Positions 11,766 to 23,815 of a stretch of DNA of 64,000 nucleotides are shown here, piece after piece. The translations under genes and the position numbers were made by a program. Under the pieces are notes generated by a model that saw only the letters and a list, made by a program, of their open reading frames with translations, was not told where the DNA came from and searched no databases. Origin of the DNA: Octopus bimaculoides (Eukaryota); the NCBI RefSeq assembly GCF_001194135.2, contig NC_068989.1, positions 88,366,555-88,430,554 of the forward strand. Reading direction: 5' to 3'. Position 1 is the stretch's first letter; every line of letters starts with the position of its first letter.

Positions 11766-12205
11766 GGCAGAATTGTTGGCCTGCCAGGTGAAATGCTTAC
11801 CGGTATTTCGTCTGCCACTGCATTCTGAGTTTAAATTCCGCCGACATCAACTTTGCTTTCATCCTTTCAGGGTTGATAAGATAAACAGCAGCTGAACACC
11901 AGAGTTGATATAATTGACTCATTCCCTACCCCAAAATCGCTCACCTTGTGGCAAAATTTGAAACTATTATCGTTGTCATCATCATTAATGCGGCAAGCTG
12001 CCAGAATCGTTAGCACATCAAACAAAAAGCTTAGTGGCAATTTGCCTATCTTTACATTCAAAGTTCAAATTCCACCATGGTCAACTTTGCCTTTCATCCT
12101 TTCAGGGTCAATAAATAAGTACCAGTGAAACACTGGGGTCAATGTAATCAACTTACACCCTTCTCAAAATTGCTGGCGTTGTGCCAAAATTTGAAATCAT
12201 TATCA

Positions 12206-12237
<32 letters not shown>

Positions 12238-12460
12238 GTTATGAAGTGGCGAGCTGGCAGAATCGTTAGCACGCCAGGCGAAATGTTTAGCAATATTTTA
12301 TCTGTCTTTACATTCTGAGTTCAAATTCCGCCAAGGTCAACTTTGCCTTTCATCCTTTCAGGGTTGATAAACTAAGTACCAGTTGAATACTGGGGTCGAT
12401 CTAATTGACTAGCCCCCCCTCTCCCAAAATTTCGGGCCTTGTGCCTAGAGTAGAAAAGAT
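11765..12460 (+). mobile_element. three tandem family-A SINE copies
   Basis: Copies at about 11765-11970, 11985-12200 and 12246-12460, separated by (ATC)/(ATT)n tails. Confidence 0.85.
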
Positions 12461-12776
12461 TATTATTATTATTCTTCCTTTTATGAGCCTACACAGGTCC
12501 AAGTGTTGGCCACAATGCTATGAAGAAATGCAACAAATCAGAAACAATGGAGGATTTGCATCAAGTAAAAGAGTGACATCAGCAATAACAACAAAAACAT
12601 TAATAATAACAAAGAGATTATAATAAATGGCAATAACAGAAAATAACAACAAAAAGGATCCCCAAAATGAGGTGGAAGAGCAATCACACGGTGATTTGGG
12701 GCACCCTACACACAATTCTCAACTCACAAAGAGTGCCTTCTCTCAGTTCATGCTACCAACATACTACAACATCGTC

Positions 12777-13158
12777 GTGACACTCCGTTGGTTACGACGA
12801 CGAGGGTTCCAGTTAATCTGATCAACAGAACAGCCTGCTCATGAAAGTAACGTGCAAGTGGCTGAGCACTCCTCAGACACGTGTACCCTTAACATAGTTC
12901 TCGGGGAGATTCAGCGTGACACAGATTGTGAGAAGGCCGTCCCCTTTAAAATGCAGGTACAACAGAAACAGGAAGAAAGAGTGAGAAAAAGTTGTGGTGA
13001 AAGAGTACAGCAGGGTTCGCTACCATCCCCTGCCGGAGCCTCGTGGAGCTTTATGTGTTTCCACTCAATAAACACTCACAACGCCCGGTCTGGGAATCAA
13101 AACCGCAATGCTACAACTGCGAGTCCGCTGCCCTAACCACTGGGCCATTGCACCTCCA
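12777..13158 (-). mobile_element. SINE family C
   Basis: Reverse complement of 3082-3477. Confidence 0.9.
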
Positions 13159-13204
13159 CACTAGAACATAGAAAAGGCCCATTTCTTCTTCTTAAATCTT
13201 TTAA

Positions 13205-13385
13205 CTGTGTATGGAGTTTTAGGGTGCCAACAAAAGACCTCCATCTGTCTCCATCTTGCACTTGTTCCCAGACAGTGCTTCAGTTTCTATGGACCTTCTG
13301 CATGTTGTTTTTGGTCTGCAACACTTCCATTTCCCTTGGGGTGACCACTGGAGGGCTTGCCTTGTAATGTTGGAGAGAAATATAG
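13205..13385 (-). mobile_element. RTE-clade LINE 3' fragment
   Basis: NITRQALQWSPQGKWKCCRPKTTCRRSIETE matches the RTE motif NITRQAL.WNPQGKRKRGRPKNTWRR. Confidence 0.8.
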
Positions 13386-13800
13386 GAGAGACTAGAGCGG
13401 CAGGGGTTGCGGTAGATATGTGAAGGTGTTGAGGGCGATAGCAGATGAGTGAGGCGTTAATGATGGAGAACAGCACAGAGGACAAAAGGTGAAGAAAGGA
13501 GGTGATTAGTGGAGACAGTGGGGAGGTGAGGATAATGGTTATTGGAAGTAGTTGGGGATGGGGGAGGTAACTGAGGAAGCTGGGTAAGGCAGTATGTGCC
13601 TATTCTGCTCTCGATACAGAAGTGATGGGTGTTAGATGAAATGTGGAGAGAAAAGGTTGATGGGGCTGAGAGAATGCAAGCAGAGCCCTTCATGAACAAG
13701 CATTACCAGAGTGGTTTTAGGATATCTGATACCTTGCTGTACTCATGAAGACCTGTCCACCACAGCAGAATTGATATCCTGGTCCTTTGTCATGTCCTTT
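13385..13800 (-). mobile_element. L2/CR1-like LINE ORF2 remnant
   Basis: MKGSACILSAPST and VLFSIINASL...ALVSPIF resemble the pre-RT region of L2/CR1 (K.S.C.LDPIPT; L..IIN.SL...A.V.P). Confidence 0.4.
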
Positions 13801-13973
13801 GTAAGGACAAGTACAACATAGGAGTTGTTTCAAGGACACAATAATAATCATTATCATCATTTTAATGTCTGCTTTTCCAGGCTTGCATAGGTTAGACAGA
13901 TTTCCTATGGCCAGAAGTCCTTCCTGTTGTCAATCCTCACTTGCTTCCAAGCAAAATAATAATTCCCCATGAA

Positions 13974-14385
13974 GGCGCAGGAGTGGCTGTGAGGTAAGTA
14001 GCTTGCTTACCAACCACATGGTTCCGGGTTCAGTGCCACTGCGTGGCACCTTGGGCAAGTGTCTTCTACTATAGCCTTGGGCCGACCAAAGCCTTGTGAG
14101 TGGATTTGGTAGACGGAAACTGAAACAAGCTCGTCGTATATATGTATATATATATATGTATGTGTGTGTATATGTTTGTGTGTCTGTGTATGTCCCTCAT
14201 CAACATCGCTTGACAACCGATGCTGGTGTGTTTACATCCCCGTAACTTAGCGGTTCAGCAAAAAAGACCGATAGAATAAGTACTAGGCTTACAAAGAATA
14301 AGTCCTGGGGTCGATTTGCTCGACTAAAGGCGGTGCTCTAGCATGGCCAGTCAAAAGACTGAAACAAGTAAAAGAGTAAAAGAGC
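13974..14385 (+). mobile_element. SINE family B, near-consensus full-length copy
   Basis: GGCGCAGGAGTGGCTGTGAGGTAAGTAGC...GTAAAAGAGTAAAAGAG tail. Confidence 0.9.
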
Positions 14386-14391
14386 AGAGAG

Positions 14392-14428
<37 letters not shown>

Positions 14429-15069
14429 TAATACTGAACACTGTATTGGTAGAAAAATATTCTTTATTTGTGGCTAAACAAAGCTACCAATGGTTTCATG
14501 TAGAGGGATTCATTTTGGAGACAAGTACCAACGTTGCCATGTGGCAGGCTTGACGATTGTTAAGAGATTCCTCTTTACATTCGTACATACATACATATGT
14601 ATATGATGGGCTTCTTTCTGTTTCCTTCTAAAAATTCACTTGCAAAATTGACTCACAAGGCATTGGTTGGCCCAGGACCATAGCAGAAGACATTTACCCA
14701 AGGTGCCACACAGTGGGACTGAACCTGAAACCATGTGGATGGGAAGCAAATGACCACAGAGCCATGCTTGCATATAATAACTATGATAATGATGCATTTA
14801 AATTAGCTATGAGATCAATTATGGGGTAAATTCTGTACAGTGAAACTGGAGTTCAACAATGGAATCAACTGCATGAGATGAACTGGTGTTCATTTTTAAG
14901 TGACCATCATGGGACAAAAAGCAAAACTGACCATGGTATGTCTAATATGGAGTATTGGTAGGAATCTGTAAATAATCTCTTTTGATAAGGCTTAACAACA
15001 TTGCTACCTTTTATGCTTGTTTCGTTGTTATTTAGAAAGAAATATTTGACACAACATTGTAAAATATTA

Positions 15070-15109
15070 GAGAGAAAGGTGAAGAGTTACGTAAGAGAGG
15101 GAGAATTTT

Positions 15110-15149
<40 letters not shown>

Positions 15150-15302
15150 AGAGTTGAGTGAGTGAGTGATGCAGGGTCAGAAGAGGGGAAAATATAGAAA
15201 GAAAGGAGAGAATAAGAAGAAGTGTAGATAATAAGTTACAAAAGACATACGCAAAAAAGAAAAGGTAATGATAAAAAAAAGAGAAGAGGAAAAGAATGAG
15301 GT

Positions 15303-15334
<32 letters not shown>

Positions 15335-15470
15335 GAAGACCAAGAAGAGAAAGAGAAAGACAGAGGTGATTGGAAGACAGACAAGATAGGATGCCAGTAT
15401 GTAAAATGTGATAGACAGAAAGATGGAAAGGAGAATAGGTAGAGAGAGAGAGAGAGAGAGAAAGATGAAG
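15070..15470. repeat. (GA)n purine-rich tract
   Basis: Several (GA)n runs within about 400 bp of mostly purine + strand. Confidence 0.9.
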
Positions 15471-15566
15471 ACAACTTGAATTCTACGTGCCTGTCATGAC
15501 TAGATGAGAGTGAGTATTGAGCCGCAAACTGAGCAAAAATGTCCCCTCTGTACAGTTGGAACTCAC

Positions 15567-15654
15567 CTGCGTCAAAGTGCTACCATCTTGGTAACAAATT
15601 AGAGTTATAAATAGCCATGTTTAGCTAATAATGTTGCCCTTGGGATGCAAGCTC
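15567..15654 (-). other. candidate 88-nt non-coding exon
   Basis: Acceptor T13-GGTCTATTCCAG, donor CAG|GTGAGT; stops in all three frames. Confidence 0.3.
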
Positions 15655-15867
15655 CTGGAATAGACCAAAAAAAAAAAAAATTACATTAATAGGAATTAAA
15701 AAAGAAAATTGAAGAAAACAAACAAGCAATTTTGAAAAAGAATTTCCTCATTTAGATTTTGACACATTTAAATTTTAAATCTTAGGTTCAACAATTATTT
15801 CTATCAAACGGATATATTTCGGAGAAGACTTTAGTTGATTAGTTCAACCCTGGAATTTGACTGGTAC

Positions 15868-16254
15868 GTTGTTGTTGGTACTCCGTCGCTTACGACGTCG
15901 AGGGTTCCAGTTGATCCGATCAACGGAACAGCCTGCTCGTGAAATTAACGTGCAAGTGGCTGAGCACTCCACAGACACGTGTACCCTTAACGTAGTTCTC
16001 GGGGATATTCAGCGTGACACAGTGTGACAAGGCTGACCCTTTGAATTACAGGCACAACAGAAACAGGAAGTAAGAGTGAGAGAAAGTTGTAGTGAAAGAG
16101 TACAGCAGGGTTCACCACCATCCCGCTGCCGGAGCCTCGTGGAGCTTTAGGTGTTTTCGCTCAATAAACACTCACAACGCCCGGTCTGGGAATTGAAACC
16201 GCGATCCTGTGACCGCGAGTCCGCTGCCCTAACCACTGGGCCATTGCACCTCCA
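15868..16254 (-). mobile_element. SINE family C, young
   Basis: Near-consensus. TSD ATTTGACTGGTAC / ATTTGACTGGCAC (13 bp, 1 mismatch). Confidence 0.9.
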
Positions 16255-16590
16255 CTCATTTGACTGGCACATGGCGTTGTCGACTTACAACCGATCAACT
16301 TTACAACAATTGGCATGTCAGCTCCCAGCAGCAATAATAAACGGTCCAGTTGAAATATAATGGCTTTAATATCTTAGGAATTAACCCGTCTACAGATGAT
16401 GTCAGCTAACAAACGCTTCCCTAGGTTTGGTTATCAAATGCCACTGCATGTATATGAGACAGGACCTGATTAGGGGAAAAAACCTTAACTTTAAATTATA
16501 AGTGTCAAAGAATGATAATACTGCTTGCCATCTATGTAATGTCTAGCAACTTATGTGGAGGACTGGAATGTAACCCAATACACAATAGGC

Positions 16591-16697
16591 CAGTGGTTCC
16601 CAACCCTTTTTATTTAAATGAGTTTTCCTACAGACACCCCTTTTAATGTGTACCCTTAAGTGTGTGTGTGTATATAAATATGATGATGATGATGATG

Positions 16698-16730
<33 letters not shown>

Positions 16731-16802
16731 TTTGAATTTAGTTCACAGACCCCCCCCCCCCCAGTACTACTACCTTTGCAGACCCCAGGATGGGAACCAC
16801 TG
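16591..16802. mobile_element. hAT-type MITE
   Basis: TIR CAGTGGTTCCCA / TGGGAACCACTG; 8-bp TSD CAATAGGC / CAACAGAC (2 mismatches). Confidence 0.75.
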
Positions 16803-17029
16803 CAACAGACTGTATTGAACATCCCATGTTGGTTTGACTTTATCCTATAGCATTTAAACCAACCATATTCAGCTCAAATATTCTACCCATCTTATGTTAC
16901 AAATGGCCAGATCCAACCTATCACACTTATGCTACACTGTCATCCTAAGAATAAGCAATTACATCATTGAAATTGGAAACTATTGAGTGGTGAGGGAACT
17001 TGGTGGGGAAGAAGGATCAATGTCCTCAA

Positions 17030-17994
17030 TCAGTGGAGTGAGTTGTGTCACAAGAACTAGTTGAATCACCATGGCATTGATCACCAAGCCGATCAATGTG
17101 CCTTTAGTGATTAAAGCTAACTAGGTCAACACACCATTAACCAATAAATCTAGCTGGGTCACTGTAAGAAGGTCAATACATCCTCAGTTGAAAGATCTAG
17201 AAGGAGAATGCAATAGCGACAAACAGAGTTACCTGGACCAACAAAGATGATTAGATTGTAATGTCCTCAACTTGCAGACATAGTTAAGTCATCTTGACCT
17301 CAACCTGTGAACCAAGTTGTGCCACCATGTCGTTAACTAAAAGCCTAATTCATTCACCATATCCTCAACCTACAAACAAACTAATTAAATCAACAGGTCC
17401 TCAAGCATCACAGTCAGTTAATATACCATTTCCTTGCAAACTAAGTTGGGTTCTTATGTCCTCAAGAGCCTGCAAACCTAATAGGGTCATTGTGACCTTA
17501 ACCTGCCAACTTAGTCAGGTCACCATGACCTTAACTTGCAAACTTAGTTGGGTTAGTGTAACCTCAACCTTCAATTCCTACATAGATCACAGTGCCCTCA
17601 ACTTGTAAATCTAGTTGGGTCACTATGACCTCAACTGCTAAACTGGATTGGGTCACTTTATCCTGAACCTGCAGACCTAGTTAAGTCAACAGGCACAAGA
17701 TGTCCTTTCAAACCTAACCCCTGAATCACAGGTCGTAAGGTAGCTGTGATAGTCAGGCCAACATAAATTCAACAAACAGAACCAGTTGGGTCAACATGAA
17801 CTCAATCGATACAAGCTTCTGAGTTAAAACAAACAGGAGTGGCTGTGTGGTAAGTAGCTTGCTTACCAACCACATGGTACCGGGTTCAGTCCCATTGCAT
17901 GGTATCTTGGGCAAGTGTCTTCTACTATAGCCTCAGGCCGACCAAAGCCTTGTGAGTGGATTTGGTAGATGGAAACTGAAAGAAGCCCGTCGTA

Positions 17995-18077
<83 letters not shown>

Positions 18078-18420
18078 TTGTGTGTCTAGCATTGCTTGAC
18101 AACCAATGCTGGTGTGCTTATGTCCCCATCACTTAGCAGTTCGGCAAAAGAGACTGATAGAATAAGCACTAGGCTTACAAAGAATAAGTCCCGGGGTCAA
18201 TTTGCTCAACTAAAGGCGGTGCTCCAGCATGGCCACAGTCAAATGACTGAAACAATTAAAAGAAAAATAGAACAAACATAATAAAACATGTGGAAGAACA
18301 CAAATTTGATAGAATCTGTTAAGTCAGCATGAACTCAATCAACATCAACAGGATCACCATGAATTTGACAAACAAAGCCAAATGAGTCGACATCAACTCA
18401 ACTATTAAGGTAGCAAACCT
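17030..18420. repeat. degenerate 33-bp minisatellite (consensus about ATGACCTCAACTTGCAAACCTAGTTGGGTCACT), split by a B SINE
   Basis: Repeated GACCTCAAC...CTAGTTGGGTCA units at 17030-17820 and 18320-18420. Confidence 0.8.
17834..18262 (+). mobile_element. SINE family B with long (TA)n core
   Basis: Near-consensus B. Confidence 0.9.
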
Positions 18421-18721
18421 AGTTATGATAGTATGCCTTCAATTCACTGAGTATGGGAATTAAATTGGAAAGGTAGGATGTCAAGCTTAACATGGCATAA
18501 CATTTATTATAACAGATATAAGGTAATAAACTTTTTCAAATGTTTTTCACGTTACATCATTTTTCAAGATAAGTTGCATGTCTAGGAACCAAATGTAAGG
18601 CGAAATTTGACAAAATACTCATCTAATTACAATCTGAGAATGAAGAACAGTACCTTTAGCCTTTTCTATCAACCACAGATTGAGGTGGGAGATATGGACA
18701 ATTGAGTAAAGGCTTATTTCC

Positions 18722-19040
18722 TCATCACCATCATCATTGTATTTAACGTTCACTTTCCATGCTGGCATGGGTTGGATGGTTTGACTGAGGTCTGGGAAGC
18801 CAGGAGGCTGCACCAGGCTCCAATCTGATCTGGCAAAGTTTCTACAGCTGGATGCCCTTCCTAACACCAACCACTCTGAGAGTATAGTGGGTGCTTTTAC
18901 GTGCCACGAGGGCCAGTCAGGCGATACTGGCAATGACTACGCTCAAAAGGTGTTTTTTACGTGCCACCTGCATGGGAGCCAGTCTGGTGGCACTGGCAAC
19001 GACCACGCTCGAATGTTGTTTATCATGGGCCACTGGCACT
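18722..19040 (-). mobile_element. SINE-like family F
   Basis: CATCATTGTATTTAACGTTCACTTTCCATGCTGGC tail plus internal TTTTACGTGCCAC units; paralogue at 20990-21200. Confidence 0.8.
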
Positions 19041-19142
19041 TATTTAATTAAATAATTGATTTCTGGATATTAATCAATGGATGAAGATTTTAACTCGGAA
19101 CATAAATTAGTCGAGCATGCTTCCAATTCTGCCACATAAAAT

Positions 19143-19500
19143 AGGTGTGGCTATGTGGTAAGAAGTCTGCTTCCCAACCACATGGTTCTGGGTTCAGTCC
19201 CACTGCATGGGAAGTTGGACAAGTGTCTTCTACTATAGCCTGTGGGCCGACGAAGGCCTTGTGAATGGATTTGGTAGATGGAAAACTGAAAGAAGCCCTG
19301 TGTGTGTGCGTGAGTGTGTGTGTCCTCCACCATTATTTGACAACCAGTGTTGCTATGCTTACATCTCCATAACTTAGCAGTTCAGCAAAAGAGACTGATA
19401 GAATAAGTAGCAGGCTTAACAAAAAATAAGTCCTGGGATTGATTCATTCAACTAAAAATTCAGGGTGGTACTCCAGTATGGCCACAAGTAAAAGATAAAA
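19143..19500 (+). mobile_element. SINE family B
   Basis: B consensus. Confidence 0.85.
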
Positions 19501-19502
19501 GA

Positions 19503-19718
19503 TACCATATATGACATTGTATAAGACGCACATTTTTGTTTCTAAAAAAACATCTCAAAAAAAAAAAAAAAAAAAAAAAAAAAAGAAGCCACCCCAGACC
19601 CTAAAAGCACTGTTAAGTCAATGTTACATGCTAAAAACAATTTTGTCCCCTGAATATACACTGCTGAAATAAGGGTGTCTAATATGTCAATGTGTCTTTT
19701 ATGCCTTCAAATACGGTA
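19503..19718. mobile_element. pogo/Tigger-like MITE
   Basis: TACCATA...TATAAGACGCAC / GTGTCTTTTATG...AAATACGGTA termini; related copy at 40143-40296. Confidence 0.55.
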
Positions 19719-20989
19719 ATACTTTTAATTTATGGGTTCTCCCAGACAGCAGGGACATGTGATACCATGATATATGGATAATAAAAAAAGGTTTGAAATG
19801 TTGAGGATTAGAAGAGGGTGGTGAGGTGGACGTTAATAGCATGAAGTGGTTTTGATTCAAAATAAGTAGTTTTTGAAAAGAATATATGGAATTACATGTG
19901 CAAAATGTATGAGATGTTTTGTTGTTAATAAGATAATAATTTTTGTTTTTAGGTCATTAACTTCTTTTACTAGCAAATATAAAAAAAGGTTTTCTGGTGT
20001 AGATGTTTATAAACATCACTCCTTAGCACTTCTAATCATTATTTTAGTGTGGCCAGGCATTGACTACAATGTCAATCAACCTGTTATAAATAGCAACCAC
20101 AACTACCTCAATTTATACTCTACATCTGAAGAAACCAAGGGTACATTGAGTAATATAGTCCTAGATACACATCCTCATCATCATTTAACGTCCATTTTCC
20201 ATGCTGGTATGAACTGGATGGGTCAACAGGAGCTGCACCAGGTTCCATTGCCTGTTTTGGCATGGTTTCTACAGATTGATGCCCTTCCTAGTGCCAACCA
20301 CTTTACAGAGTGTACTGGGTGCTTTTTATGTGGCAACAGCACCAATGCTTGGAATTGTTACAACCAGAACATTTTTAACCATAGGTCTGCTCACTCAGGT
20401 CTGATCTTGAGTTAAACAACAGCAACAAAAATGTTACATTTTTTCCTGTAACAAGCATTTCACATTTAAGAAAGCGTTAATATTTTCACAAGTTGTCAAT
20501 GTGTGTATACACAGGTCAGGTATTCATTAAGGACTATTATATGCACAGAAAGAAAATCAAACAACCAGCGAATGCTTGTGTATATATGCATATACACATA
20601 CACATTGTATGTAAGTATGTATGTATGGGAATTATGTTGCAGCTAGCCCCAGCTGAAGTACAAATATTAGGAAGAAGAAGAAAACAAAACCGAATCATAA
20701 GTAAAATGAGTTAGGAATGGAAAATGACAACATTTGCCACTGGGACAAACTTCCCAACTATTCTTCGTCTCTCAGAACTTTTATTGTGTAGTAAAATGGA
20801 ATGTAAATAACACATTATTGAAATAACAAGAATGATGGAAACACAGATGTTTTCACTGTGAAGTTATAATTACAGATTTGTAGATGTGAACTTAGCACAT
20901 GGATATTGAGCTACATGTTCACCAATGAGTATAGAGAGGAGCAATATGGATGTTTAGTAGTGAAAGCAGTGAATAAGACAGGAATATTC

Positions 20990-21200
20990 TTCAGAGTTTC
21001 TACAGCTGGATGCCCTTCCTAATGCCAACCACTCCGAGAGTGTAGTGGGTGCTTTTACGTGCCACCGGCATGAAGGTCAGTCAGGCAGTACTAGCAACGG
21101 CCACACTCAAAATGGTATATTTTACATGCCACCTGCACAGGAGCCAGTCCAGCGGCACTGGCAACGATCTCGCTCGAATGTCTTTTCGCGTGCCACTGGC
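20990..21200 (-). mobile_element. SINE-like family F (internal part)
   Basis: Aligns with 18835-19030. Confidence 0.8.
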
Positions 21201-21254
21201 ATGGAAGAAATTTTCTCACTCCTTACACAGTGGAGGCAAATGCCTCAGTTGTTA

Positions 21255-21480
21255 AGGTGTTGAACTCATAATCGTAAGATTGTGGTTTCAATCCCTGGAC
21301 TGGGTGATGCCTCGTTTTTTTTGTTTTTTTTTTAGCAAAACACTTCCTTTTACATTGCTTCAGTCCACTCAGGTGGTAAACATGAGTAATCCAGCAACAG
21401 AATGGCTTCCTATCTAGGGAGGAATATATATATATACGCCAGAAACACTGAGAATCTGGCCCTATGCCCCTTACAGAGTA
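21255..21480 (+). mobile_element. decayed family-D SINE
   Basis: GTGGTTTCAATCCCTGGACTGGG...AGCAAAACACTT...ACATTGCTTCAGTCCACTCAG, similar to 511-819 and 3830-4030. Confidence 0.55.
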
Positions 21481-21749
21481 ACGTGGACTAATCTACACAG
21501 ATATGTTACTATGCAGAGTTTTAAACTGAACAACAACCCCTATCAGTTTCATGAAACTATGTCACCACTTCTAGTTAATAACAATACTGAGTGAAATTGC
21601 TTGAAACAAAAGCAAATTCACAATCTATGAGCAGACAGCTAGGTCTTCTGATTTTCATTAGCCTAGTTTATCTGCTCCAATTTCTAAACCGGAGCCATGC
21701 AAAAACACACTGCCCAAGTCAATGAAATCATCATCATCATACATATGTA

Positions 21750-21792
<43 letters not shown>

Positions 21793-22002
21793 NNNNNNNN
21801 NNNNNNNNNNNNNNNNNNNNNNNNNNNNNNNNNNNNNNNNNNNNNNNNNNNNNNNNNNNNNNNNNNNNNNNNNNNNNNNNNNNNNNNNNNNNNNNNNNNN
21901 NNNNNNNNNNNNNNNNNNNNNNNNNNNNNNNNNNNNNNNNNNNNNNNNNNNNNNNNNNNNNNNNNNNNNNNNNNNNNNNNNNNNNNNNNNNNNNNNNNNN
22001 NN

Positions 22003-22034
<32 letters not shown>

Positions 22035-22171
22035 TATGTGGGCACAGGATGTCACAAAACGTGTACAACAAAAAAAATACAAAGTATGAGTACATGGAAC
22101 ATGAATTATTTTTTCGAACAACGAAAGGCACAAATGGAAAACAAGACAAACAACATAAAGAATGACCCTTT

Positions 22172-22438
22172 ATCAAAACAGTTTGATTCAAATTTGTTGG
22201 TACTCTGAGTTTCAAGCGTGATGCTAATCTTCAGCCATTTTGAATTTGTTATTACCGTAAAGTGGGCTGCAATTGGTCAAGGAAGATTATGCGGTGTCAG
22301 AGTTTGATGCTGGTATATCAGCAACATCAGTTACTTAGAAAACACCAAATGGTGAACAGGAAATTGATTGTGTGATGGACAGGAAATCAGTTGCTTGAAA
22401 CTCAAAGAACCAATGAATTTGAATTAAACTGTTTTGAT
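22172..22438. mobile_element. MITE with about 46-bp terminal inverted repeats
   Basis: ATCAAAACAGTTTGATTCAAATTTGTTGGTACTCTGAGTTTCAAGC versus GCTTGAAACTCAAAGAACCAATGAATTTGAATTAAACTGTTTTGAT. Confidence 0.75.
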
Positions 22439-22589
22439 CCATACATGTAACTCCCAATAAATGTGTTGGGTGCCCTTCTTTCATTTGTCCACTCACTCGT
22501 ACATTATGTGTATGTGTGTGTGTGGCCCTCTACCACAGACACATCAAGGCCCTAACACAAGTCCAACTTCATTACCCGATCTCCATCTT

Positions 22590-22800
22590 GCATATCAGAT
22601 GGCAGGATCACAGTTAGTGTGGAGGCCCTAATTACCTCATTGCAGCTGTGCTGTATGGGACATGTTTGCAGGATGGAGGGCAGCAATCTCCCAAAGGCAA
22701 TTTTCTATGTTGAACAACATCAGGGCAGATGGAGCTGTGATGCCCTGAAGTTGCAGTACAGGGATGTGCTGAAGAGACATGAAAAAAAGTTAGGGGAGAC
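22590..22800 (+). mobile_element. RTE-clade LINE fragment
   Basis: EALITSLQLCCMGHVCRMEGSNLPKAIFYVE...LQYRDVLKRH matches the RTE motif EA.L...QLRW.GHV.RM...RLPK..LYGEL...RYKD.LKR. Confidence 0.85.
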
Positions 22801-23772
22801 AACTTCGACAGCAAATCAAAGCAAGGAGTCCTACAGGCGGTCCAGTGTCCTCTCTTCCAGCAACTCCAGAGCAAGTGGAACTTTCCAGCTCTGTAAGGCA
22901 GTTTACCTAGGAGAGGGCCACATCAATGTAAAACCTGTAGCTTGCTGGTCACCACAGCTACCTTAGTCCATTGAGCCACTACTAAAACTACTAAGTAGAG
23001 GTAGAAAGGAAAGCCCTGCAACATCAAGGATTTGATTACAGAGTCACTGAAGAGCAGTATGCCACTCTTCCTCATGATCTTCAAACTTTAAGAAACTGCT
23101 TTCATGGTCATATCATGTAACTGTTTCATCAGAAAATGGCTGGGACCTATGTTATCACCGTTATTGCTATGGATGTCACAATCAGTAAAGTAGCAGATAA
23201 AATGCCTTGCAGAATTGAATTACGTCTGGAGTTCGAATCTAGCTAGGATCAATTTTGCCTTTTATAAATACAAGGTTGAAACAAGTGCCATTCGAGTACT
23301 CAGTCGTTCTAATTATCCACACCCTGCCAGGAATCCTTATCATCATATATATATGCATCAAGTTCAGGGTGTACAACAGAAGCCAGATTAATAAAATGCT
23401 CCTGGTTTTACACTCTCTCTCTCTCTCTCTCCTCTACATACCAGTATCAGATGACATAGGAGAGGAACTGAAAGATAGGGAAAGAATGATAAGGGAAAAA
23501 GAGAAAAACAGTGAAGAGAAAGACTAATAGACAAGTGAAAGAAAAAGGAGATAGAAAAGTGCCAGGAGAGAGAGAGAGAGAGAGGAGTCAGTTCCAAAGC
23601 CATATATTTCTATTTAAGTATTCCAACAGATGATAAATACCATGTTGTCGACATCGGCCGATTGATAACTTTCTTTTCAATACCTCCCTTTTAGGTCTCT
23701 TGGTCTCACTCACATGAAAACACATTCATATACATACATGTACAACTGATATGAGTTGGCCTATGAATATAC

Positions 23773-23815
<43 letters not shown>

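Noticed and set aside
14841-14935. Plus-strand open exon-like segment (ETGVQQWNQLHEMNW...)
   Set aside because: Poor pyrimidine tract, no partner exons and no recognisable homology; expected by chance.
15567-15590. ATG-GTA-GCA-CTT-TGA as a selenocysteine codon
   Set aside because: No selenoprotein motif and no SECIS can be shown.
17294-17608. 104-aa ORF as a gene
   Set aside because: It is the open frame of the 33-bp minisatellite; no splice or start context.
19873-20415. 180-aa ORF
   Set aside because: TTG start, low-information sequence, and the 3' half is a family-F repeat.
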